From Tubiluchus corallicola (lineage: Eukaryota > Animalia > Priapulida), in the NCBI GenBank assembly GCA_030141605.1, contig JAQGDQ010000149.1, positions 62,001-126,000 on the forward strand: a stretch of DNA of 64,000 nucleotides, written 5' to 3'. The number at the start of each line of letters is the position of its first letter. The stretch's first letter is position 1. The translations under genes were made by a program, and so were the position numbers. Shown in pieces: positions 14,071 through 24,900 of this stretch. A model generated the notes under the pieces. The model ran no database searches. It was given only the letters and a program-made list of their open reading frames with translations, and was not told the origin of the DNA.

Positions 14071-15545
14071 ATACAGTTGGGAATTATACAGTTGGGAGTT
14101 GACAATAGTTGGGCGCGTTTACGAAACCGATGTAATTCTTTAAAATAACATTTAAAGCTACTAATCAAGATTGATGATTGTATACAAAAAGGAAGCTCAT
14201 TCCAAATGGAGATAATTCCATATTAATAAGAGGGCACTAGTTCAAGTAGAAAATATGGACACAATCTATTTACAATTTTATAAAATATACAGAGTTTGTG
14301 AGAAAGTCTTCTATTAGATAGCAGATCAAAGTCATTGTCATATGACATATAATAAGTTTGCTGTATTGGAGCTTTTCATTGCTTTGAAGCAAATAAAGAC
14401 TGATTGTGATTTATACATTTTGAAGATCGTCAGAAAGGCTAGTAAGGATGTCAAGAACACCGCCAGTAGGGCGCTTCTCTAGTAAAAGTGTTTATATATG
14501 GTTCCATGAATCTGCCCTACTAAACCTGTTTTCATAGCATACATAGTTTAACTCTATGGAAAGTAGTTTTGTATTCTTTCCCAATTAGCCGTGTAATCAC
14601 TTGCATATAATCTTCATTCTCAGAAGGTGTAATAGTTTTAATCTTATTAAATTTCAAATTTTTCCTAGCTAGCTTGGAGTGACATAACATTGCGTTATAG
14701 CACTTCACCTTCTCCTTGTCGAGGATACTCCATAGCCAAATATCTGTATATAGCCATTTTATTTATATCTTGTAGTGTTTATGTAAATTGATTTCACTCA
14801 TGCTCCTTTTGATGTAGCCATTAACTTAACATAGCCAATGGATCGTACGTGTGTTTAACCTTGTTTTTTCTGCTTAAAACGTAGCATTTAGCTGTATTTA
14901 TTCGCATCGCTATTATCGTGTAATCTTTCTTTTCCATATAATCATTGTAAATATCACTTGTTAAATGATCATAATTATAATGTAAAAATTACTATGTGCA
15001 TTTTTTTAAATTTATCGTTCTTGTTTTCTATGAACGGCATTACTACTCAGAATTTCGATATTAACAAACTTTATCCTAATCACATATTGGCACCTCGCAA
15101 AATGTGGACTTGAACTTTAAAACACCGGGGCTTTCAATCGCCCAATAATTGTTTGCCCGCCTGTAAAGAGCTAAAAGATTAAAAATTGAAAAATATTCGC
15201 AAAAAACGAAAACATAACCTGCATTCGTCAATGCAGCGTCGACAATTGATATTGTACCAAACAGAGTCAGTGTATTCAAGAATGGATTTGCAAAGTTGTT
15301 CTAGAACCAGATGGACTAACATTTTGCCAACTAAATTTTCTTCAGCCGCCTATGTGCTTTTTCTTTTGAACGCACTATATGAATATTTCTTTATATAATA
15401 GACTGGAGGGGTAGACCTAGGTGTTGGTGCGAACTAACAGTTGTTAAAACAGAGCAGTGGTTGAGGGGTGGAACAGGTTCTCGACTTAAGAACCTGACAT
15501 CAGCTTTTTCAGCATTGAAAGTAATATATTTTACTGGTCAGCCCA

Positions 15546-16150
15546 TTAAAATGTCGATACAACACGCTGACACCAGTTAGATAAATAGCACTCAAACCGT
15601 TTTAATGAATTACCTAATGTACCAACTTGTTTGACTTTAAACAACAGACCCAGATGCGAAATCATATCACATTGTTTAGAGATGTCGAGGAAGACAGCCT
15701 TCACATCAAATCCCGTGTCAAGTGTTTGATAAATGTTGTGCACTATATGAAGAAGCTGAAAAATAATACCATCATTTGGTTTGAACCCAGAGTTTCCAAA
15801 CGCTAATAAAATAATTGTTCACAGTTGTTCACAATTAAATAGATGTTTATACACAATTCTTTCCAAGACCTTTGACAAACAAGAGAGAAGTGGCACGCAC
15901 AGGCCTATAATTGTTTTTCAGTTGACGATTACCTTTTCCAAAATCGAACAAACATTGGCCTTCTTCCGCATTCTAGGAAAATTGATGTTTGGACAGGAGA
16001 ATTAAATAACGCACAAAAAGGGTTCAAATAGAGCCGGTAGTTTTCTTTAAAACTTGATTGCTAATGGAGACGCTACCTGATACTCTTGTTGTATTTAAGC
16101 TTAATACTACGTGCTGGATTTCATTAGGAGTTGTAATAGTATTGATATTA
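15546..16150 (-). mobile_element. CR1-like LINE RT fragment
   Basis: QLLHIVHNIYQTLDTGFDVKAVFLDISK..ISHLGLLFKVKQVG..YLSN..QRVV, with an upstream SLLSLVKGLGKNC-like degraded RT segment. Confidence 0.8.
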
Positions 16151-16174
16151 CATAACCTTTTGTTGGTTTTGTAA

Positions 16175-16860
16175 ATCATACAGACCATTATGGCAAACTT
16201 TTCGACATTCTTATAGACCGCAAGTTGCCTACAAAAGTAACTAAGTTACTGTTTGTGTCGTTTACAGAGCAGGAAGGCACGCATTGCTTGGTATGGAAAA
16301 CATTCATACAAATTTAGTGTCAGTAATGGTGTTCAGCAAGGGCCATTATATACTTTCTCGTTTTTAATGTATATCTTGGCAGTCTTCTGTTAAAATTACC
16401 AAGAGTTAATCTTGTAGTTTTGTAGTTGCGAAATTTGTTGATGCGTAATCTTACTTGCTGCAGTGTAGAAAATGTTGATCATTTGCGAGCAGTATAATTA
16501 ATAATCTCCAATAACATAGTCAAAAGACAGCGCATATGTTTCTCCAAGGACAGCATTGCAATCCATCCTGTTGTTAAACTTGGTTTAATAGAGTAGCTCA
16601 CCTTGGTCATATTACTAACTGAAAACTTGATGATGCTGATGACATTAACGCAAAAAGAAATGATTTCATTTGTAGAATGAATCAGATTATATCAGATTTT
16701 CATATTATCCCGTTCAAGGTCAAAAATGCAGTCGTAATGACGTACTGATGCCATGCAGTTTTAATGGCTGTCAGCTGTGGAATTTAGGTAATGTGTCCAT
16801 ATTGAAATTAAACTCGTCACATAATATTGGCATGAGACGATTTTGGAAAATTTCTTTGGA
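16175..16860 (+). mobile_element. Heavily degraded LINE RT fragment
   Basis: Broken frames give KLFDILIDRKLP, FSVSNGVQQG, HLGHIT and GCQLWNL, in the order expected for RT. Confidence 0.6.
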
Positions 16861-17739
16861 AACTTCTGTCTTGAAGGTCTAGTGCCAGTTTGGGTGATCA
16901 ACATCTGTTATTGTTATAATTGCTATGATTTGCAATTGTTTATGGCTCGGGATGTATAGGGAACACACTATTGTGATTGACCAAACAGCTGGGGTAAACA
17001 TGGAGGCGGTTTATCGAAGAAGAAGACCTCACATACAATTACATGAAGGTATACCATTACGTAATAAGAAAAGATTGTTAACATCAAATAAATAAGTATA
17101 GCATCGTAGTATTCTAACTTCATGATCTCGATCATCTTAGCATTCTGCACACAAGAGCTAGGTATTGCCTTTGCATACAGCTGCATAAAAGTTATAAAAT
17201 TGTCTTGAGTTGCAACTAAAGTTTCTCTAGTTATTAAATTACTCAAGCACTCCTCACTCAGTTCATTCTGCTAAAATAGAATCTAACACTTTTATGCGTG
17301 TCTAATAACAACACATTACAAAGTGTTCTTAACAATGGCTTCACACAGCTCAACTCACTACGTCTTAACAGCTCACTACCCAGATATTGCAACTACACAT
17401 GGTCCTCGCTCTCAGCTCTTTTCACGTGAGCACTCCGGAATTTTACTTAGTCATCTAAAGAGTGGCCTAATGCAAAATCCTAAATAATAAACATTGCATC
17501 TGCAGCATCTCTAATTCCTCCACTAGGTTTTATACAGCAATTCCCAGTAATAACTCTACTTTACATTGCCTCAGATACTGAAGTACAGATTTAAAATTAC
17601 ACATCACTATCAGTAGTCAGTTTTTTGAGCCACTTTCGAAGAAATTACACAGACTAGTATTGTACTGTAACATTATTTATTGTTCATTATCAATTTGCTC
17701 ACTACTGTAAAATTTTCTATACTGTGGTGTGTAATTGCA

Positions 17740-17921
17740 GCCAAAGACCTACATCCGGAAAAGAAGACTGAAGCTGATTTTGCACTATATTTCTTGGCGG
17801 ATCAATATCCGTTCATGTTACCTTAGTGGATTTTCTTCTGTCTCATGTTTTATGCGAAATGATAAAATTTTAGTCTTTGTTTAAGTACCAATATTTTCTC
17901 TCAATCTCGAAAAATTCACAG
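17740..17921 (+). promoter_or_regulatory. Candidate TRIP12 promoter / non-coding first exon
   Basis: Good donor CAG|GTAAAT at 17921/17922, CCGGAA (ETS-like core) at 17755-17760 and locally more CpG. A non-coding upstream exon is required because the start-codon exon has an acceptor at 21912. The position is inferred only. Confidence 0.3.
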
Positions 17922-18677
17922 GTAAATACTCAATGCAGTATTCAGCTTGGATATAAAGTGAATTTCACAATTTTAAGAAATTTTATTTTCTGGGACTCGG
18001 ATTGCAAATCTGTTGATAGAATACATCTAGTCTAGGGATCATTTAGGTCGAAGTTTATCATTAATGCTGCAACGCATTTGCGCTTGAACATGTAAGCACC
18101 GAACAGGGGCTTCTGTGTTAACAAGTCGTGGTCGCTATTAACTTTTAATAAGTGCTTTTGGCGTAATAAGAAACCTCAAGGTCTAACCAGAAAATAGTAC
18201 GGCAAGTAACCTAACTTATCTGTAATCCATAAAGAGGTGGAAGGTAACAAACATTTTGTGTGTACGATCCATATCTATAGCAACTGTGTTGTAATGGACC
18301 TTCTGTTTTTGCATAAACACTGCTAGGAAATGTATATTTATTTTTAATAGGGAATATTGACCATTTGTTATGAACTTGCTTGGTAAATTATATAAATAAA
18401 ATTTGCTAGAGTTTATTTGTGAATGTTGCCCTATTTTGGGATTGTTTGCCAAGTGCTTATTAAACAGCCAATGCATAGTGCTTGTTTCTGTGATTACTTC
18501 TGTTACTTGTTGGCAATATGATGCACACATCTACATTTCTGAAAGAGAAATAGTGTGATCATTTGATGAACTTCCGTGTTTTCGTCTCTCTCTCTCTCTC
18601 TGGCACACACGCTTTCTCGTTCTCTCTCTCCCTACCTCTCTGTCTTGTCTGAAAAAATTCTCAGAAGTACCACAGTA

Positions 18678-18800
18678 CAGTAAGTCCTTGCTTAATTACA
18701 TTAATGCGTTCCAGCAAAACGCATCCTTAAGTGAAACGTCGTTATGCAAAACAATGCCTTTCATAGAAAACAGTGTAAAAGCATTCAGTTGCATGCCACA
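18678..18800. mobile_element. pogo/Tigger-like DNA transposon end fragment
   Basis: TA followed by CAGTAAGTCCTTGCTTAA..., resembling Tigger-type termini; no matching opposite end found. Confidence 0.35.
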
Positions 18801-20628
18801 CCCAAACATCAGTAATACCTAGTCTGCTTAGAATGCTCACTAAGCCCCGTAGGGCAAAATTCAATAATACCTAGCTATGTAAGCTCTCGGTTGCCTAGGC
18901 CTGTCATGGACTAAGTATCACCTGGTTAATATATGCCTACAAAGGTTCTACAGCATAAAACCAATCTGATTCTTTACATCTATGCTGTGGCTCTTAAAAA
19001 TCTGTAAGTTGTTATCTGCAATTTTAGAAGGTTGTAAGAGGTACACTGAAGTGCTATTACTGACATTGCGTTTTTTCTAGATGTGGAAATTCCTTGGGGT
19101 AAACAAACCTGTGAAGTTTATCTAAGTTAACTTTTTTTTGGTGACAAATAAAATTCAAATTCGACACTTATGTTATAAAAAATGAATCTGAAAATCCCAT
19201 AATGGAACTTTTATTTTGGAATTTTGTTGTTGCCACTACATTTTTAAAGTAAATTGCATTCAATTTTGCATCATAGAGGGTATTTATTATAAACAAACAG
19301 AATGAATTGCACAAAACTCTAAAGGTAAATGACTGTTTATATTATATCATAGGTAAAGTGCATGTTCAGCTTTCTAATTTTTCAAACTTACTATTTAGAT
19401 TGAATTTAAATTTCTCATATCCAATTCAATGGATATGAGAAATTTAAGTTCATAGCCAATGCAAGGAGAAAGGCTGTTTATATCTGGAGCCATTTTTGGT
19501 AAAGTTTACTCAGTTTATACAGGGTTGCACATGACAAAATTCAAAATTGGTTAAAATCCAAGATTTCCTGTAAAGATCATTTGGCCATAGATTGGAACTC
19601 TTCTAAGTGTGCTCATGAGAAAGAGTTTTTCCATATATAAGTTATTTGGATTGTGGAATTTTCCTTTGTTTAACTTCTTGTAATACTGACCTTTCACATT
19701 TTTCTCAAGTCCAAGAAGACTGTTAAGGTAACTGGTAGATATTTTAATAGCTATGTACATCACCTATGAGTCATCTTTTGTCTGTTTCGTCTTATGGTTG
19801 GATGTGTTTAATGAAATTTTGCATGAATGATACTACTAGGGCTGCTGGGAGAACACAGGGTCAATTTATGTCATCAGTGTCTTGCACCCAGTATGGCACC
19901 TAAAATAATATTTTATAAGCCCAATTTGCCTGTTTGCTTTTTATGGACAGTCAGACGACTGCGTGGATTTTAATGAGATTTTGCATGCATAATACTAGAG
20001 CCTGGGACGGGTGTAGAAGAGTCAATTTTTAGGGTATATTATATATATATGCCTAAATGCCTGATTTTCAATGCTTTTAAACCCCTTTAAACCACAAAAA
20101 AACCTATATATATATATATAAAGGGGTACCTAGTTAGAGTATTGTATCTGTATCTAAATAATGACTATTATGTGTATGGGACTAAAAATGTAAATGGTCG
20201 ATAAAATTAAACATATATTTATTGTATTAGTACTTCCAACAAAATCAGTATTTAGGCATTAAAAAACCTGCTGTAAAGCAAAGGTTAATCAACACAAATA
20301 TATGATCAAAATGTTTGATCAATATAACATGAGTCTTGAAAAACACATACATAGATTAACATGGGACCCATTGTTCCCATCCGTTAAGATGGCCCTGTTT
20401 AATGCATTATAAAATTACAAGGCAAATGAATCACTTTGAAGCCTAACCTAACTTTGAACTTAAAAGACAATAAAAGAGGTTACTGGAGTAGGTTTCAGAA
20501 AAGTAACAATTGTATTACTTCATAACAATTTTATGCATATATCATACTCGTGTTGACATGATTTTTTTGTTTTCATTTTAAATTTCTGCGACACTATTCG
20601 GACCGCGCCATTACGTGACGCCATATGC

Positions 20629-20740
20629 GCACAATATAAATCAGGGGAAGAAAAGAAAATTTATATATGCACAATATAAATCAGGGGAAGAAAAGAAAAT
20701 TTATATATGCACAATATAAATCAGGGGAAGAAAAGAAAAT
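20629..20740. repeat. 40-bp tandem repeat, ~2.8 identical copies
   Basis: Unit GCACAATATAAATCAGGGGAAGAAAAGAAAATTTATATAT, repeated head to tail with no spacers. Confidence 0.95.
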
Positions 20741-21918
20741 GTTAAACTATGTCTCAAAAACTTTCCATGCAAAATTATATTACTTAGCATTTCGCTTACC
20801 TGTTTGAAAGACTTATGTAACTAGAAAAGGAAATATTAATTATTTAAAATGCTTTTGGGCAATTGGTAAAATGTCACTGACTCACCCTCCAGGGTGCACC
20901 GCTCACTAATCAAAAACATGTTTTTAATCTTTTTGACAGTATATAGTAATTCAATATTTTACTTAGTTAGTGACGTGTGCACTACAAATGGGTTCAATAT
21001 TTTTCAAACTTTACACAATGTTATCTGAACTTTTTGAAATGGCTACATCTAACTGCCATCACGGGAGTTTACATTTACATGTTTTATACAGCGTTACTGT
21101 CAGTTCCCACAAGTCCAGTATGCACAAACGCAGTGTGTAAGTGGTGTAAAATTTCAAGACGAATTTTTTAAGCTTCATGTAAGTGGAGGGTTTTCTTGTG
21201 CTTTAACCTAGCTAATTAAATAATTTATTTATATGAAGCAAAACGAATTTATATTTAGAGATGTATTATTCATTTTCAAATGTTGCCAATTTGCAAAAGT
21301 GTTCAAAACACTACACTGACGTATAGAAATTTATTTAAAATTAAATTAATAAAGCAGCTGATCAGTTTTAATTAAGATTCGGAAAAAGTCGTTGAAGTAA
21401 ATGGATAACATGTAGCAATAAAAAGTTTATGAGCAAAATTAATATCGTCCTTCTGCTTTACCAGTTTCACTAATGGTCAGGTTTTTAGTCTCTTGATTTA
21501 ATGTATTCAACATGAATTTCATTCAATGTTAAGAGCTAAAATTTCCTTATTGATATGTTAATGTGGTAGACTTTGTGAGCTTGATAACATATTTTTGAAT
21601 GTTATTGCATGAACTTGCAAGTCTATTCTTTAGTTCCAGCACAAAATTACAAAATTGAAAACTGAGACACTTATTTTATGTGAGCATTTTGTGTGACAGA
21701 ACTATATGTGGCTCTTAAAAATTTGCTTAGAAACCTTTTATTCTAATAGGAAACTATACCTTGAACTTGCAGCCCTGTGGCCTGTAAGTTTTTTTTTTCA
21801 CGTTATGGGTTATCAATGTCTTTCGATGTAGTGCAAACATGTTATAAAGAACCTGGTAAGTTATATTTGAAGATTGCATAATTTTTACATGCAAATTTTT
21901 ATTGTGTTTCAGCGTGGC

Positions 21919-21960
21919 ATGCCTCAGAGAAAGAGCCGTGTCTATGGCCGACCAACCTAG
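21919..21960 (+). promoter_or_regulatory. Upstream ORF ([13 protein letters not shown]) overlapping the TRIP12 start codon out of frame
   Basis: ATG at 21919 (GGCATGC, purine at -3) lies 6 nt inside the exon that begins at 21913 and 25 nt before the main ATG at 21944. It stops at TAG 21958-21960. Confidence 0.75.
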
Positions 21961-24900
21961 ATACCATCCAGGGGGGTCATTACGACGGCACACACGTCAT
22001 TCTTCTGGAAAAAGTTCTGAAAGTAATAGGTAAGCATTTGTATCATATAGCAACAGGTTTAGTATGCAGATAAACTGCTCTGTGAAAGGAAAAATAACAA
22101 GGATCCTAGAGAATACAGCATGATGTTTTACAATGCTTTTGATATATAGCTACATATAGTCCTCAAAGTGTGTGTGTGTATGTGCTTGAGTAACAATTTT
22201 AGCCAAGTAAGTACTTTTTTATGAGTAATCCATGGCAGTTTATTAAAAACATTTGTGATGGTGGTTTATATGCATTATGAGTTACCTATCATTTTCATTT
22301 TTAAGTTAAATATGAACTAGATGGTTGATAATGCTGGGTACTCTTATTTCACTGAAAGATTTTTCAAGCAGACATTTTGTGTTCGTGTATTTGGCAAGGT
22401 AAGGTTATGATCCGAAGCAGGTTTCTACAGTAAAGAATTTCTACTGTCTTTAAAAAATGAGGATTAAAAATACAACCTGGATAGTAAAGTAAAACAAAGC
22501 CTGTCAGAATTTGGCATAAGAAAGCTTTTTGAAGACAAAAAAGGGAGGAATTTGCATAAGAAAACCAGCAAACTGGCATTTGGCTTGTCACCTGTCCCAT
22601 TTGCAAAATCTGGAAACATTACAGACTGCATCATTATCATAGCTGATTCTAACTTTGTGCTTTCTGTTCTCAGAGTTTTTCTCGGATCATTGCTTTGTTG
22701 AGTCAATAATAGATATTCAAAAACCAAAATTAACAAGCAAGAAAAGTAAGTTCAGGTGGCTGCAAAATATCAATTATACTGACTTGGCAATGGATTTACA
22801 CAACCCTGTCACTGCTATACAAGAGCAAACTGATGTACAATCAGCATCGGATAATTTGAAAAGCAGGTCTAAAGTTACTCTTCATTAAAAAGAAGACAGT
22901 TACTATGCGGAGCTTCCTTGGTTCAACGAAACAGCATTATGGCTGAAAAGACAAAAAAGACTCACCGAGAGAAAGTGGAAAAAGGATAATATGTGACAAA
23001 ATTGGAATTTATGTAATTAATCAAGAAAGAACTGTTATGCTTATTTTTGAGAAAAGAATTTTATATCAATGAAACAGTTCCAGGGTGTAATGGAGATTCA
23101 CAAAAGGTCTTTGCTGCTATTAGAAACAGTTTCAACACAGGAAAACACTAATTTTACCTGATGCTCTATCCGTCTCTGATAAAAGCTTGCCAATGACTTT
23201 GCAGAATATTTTTATCAAAAAAATTAAAAACATCAGACCTTCTCTTAATAATATCAGATTGTTTAACCCAGTATCAAACATTAATTACATGTTATCAAAG
23301 TAAAGAAGGTGACTAAAGAATAAGTGCGAAAAGTGTTTAGGTCAGCTAAACCATCCATGTGTCGGTTGTATGTCTCGCCAACAAGCTTGCTAAAAACTTT
23401 TTGGGTGAATAGGTGCTGTTCATTATATGGCTAGCAAATTCTTCATTTTCTTGATAAATGGTAATATGCAATACTGAATTCACTAATTAAAAAAGTAAAC
23501 TCGGGTAGTGAATGAGTAGTACAACGACAGTTTCAAACAATCATTCAAGCCCATAGTCTTTTACCAGCTTATTAGAGCAGCTGTCTACTTTTAATGAGAC
23601 TAATGGATGACATCTAGTATGTTATGGAATAGGGAAAAGTCACATGTATGGTTACTTTGGATTTGACAGCCACATTTGCCACAATGAACTTGAAATCTTA
23701 TGCAATGTACTTCAATGAGGTTTGGCTTTTCAAGCACTTTGCTAGAATGGACAAAAGAATATCTACAGAACAGGTCTTTTCAAATTCAAAGTAATTATAA
23801 TTGTTTTGTCTTATCCAGCAGTCATCTATTAAGTACATCAAGGAAGTATCTTGAGTCTTTACTTTTAAATGTTACACAGCTACAGTTGATGAGTACAATC
23901 TAGAATGTCAACAGACTTATATGGCTATGAGGATGATCAAGCCCTTGCCGACAGTTTTATGCTGGGCTGCGTTAACTCAAAGCTTTGTGCAGCAAACACC
24001 TTGGGACGTAATGTCACCACAGTCAAAGAGCAGATGGACCCGAATCATCTTATGTTTAATTACATCTTGCATTTTAACGTGCATCTAATTACAAAATTGA
24101 AAGGGTATTTAACTATGAATTCAATGCAATGTATCAGGTATGCGCTCGTTTTCACAAAATCTAATTATGCAAATTCATTGATTTGTTGGACTCCCATAGT
24201 GCATCTTGAAGCCAATGCAAAGTGTGCAAAATTGGGCTGGCTGCCAAAATTGCGAAAATGTTACAAAATATGATAGTGCAACAAAGGCTTTGCATAGTGT
24301 TCATTGGCTACCAACCAGATGCCGGTGCACTTTTAAAATAACAGTTCTAGTAAATAAGTAAGTAAAGGTCTTTTCTTCTCAGAAAAATTTGGGAGGTTCC
24401 TTGGCTGCTTTAAGATAGTATAAATTGAAGGAATATTTAGAACAAGCCGATTTACGATATTTCTAGTTTAAAATATGTCTATGTATAAACTTACAATACA
24501 TCAATAAAATCTTTGAGATAAATCTTTAGGCGCTTAAAAGTGTATAAAAGAGAGGAAATGTTTGTACTAAATAAATCTGAACTGGCAATAAAACCCAATA
24601 GAGAATAGTAAAGAAAAATATAAATGATAAATTTCATTAAAAATACATTTATTTATAAGAGTATTAGCTTTTCTTTTCAATTTAGCTCTAACAAACATGC
24701 ATTTTTGTGTCTAGGGTGTTCTGTTTTCCCTTTTTGTGGCAGGAGATTGTGAAGTAGATGGGTCGACTCGCTTACTAGTGAATAATTTTGCATGTTTTTT
24801 TCAATGATAATGCTTTTGGTCCTGCATCTGAGTATTCCACTTCCCCTTTCACCCTATTCCATATATTTTCTATCAATTTGAATTCATCTGCCATCAAACA

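Noticed and set aside
14461-14475. CGCCAGTAGGGCGCT, CTCF-like motif
   Set aside because: Two bases short of the consensus spacing and a single occurrence.
15474-15496. Hairpin CAGGTTCT-N7-AGAACCTG
   Set aside because: An 8-bp stem is expected by chance in 64 kb; no tRNA, snoRNA or other RNA-family features around it.
19780-20130. Internally repeated segment ending (TA)n..CTAGT, possible Helitron
   Set aside because: No convincing 3' hairpin or 5' end; likely repeat-derived but unclassifiable by eye.
20629-20740. Repeat array resembling CRISPR
   Set aside because: Identical head-to-tail units with no spacers, in a eukaryotic intron; a simple tandem duplication.
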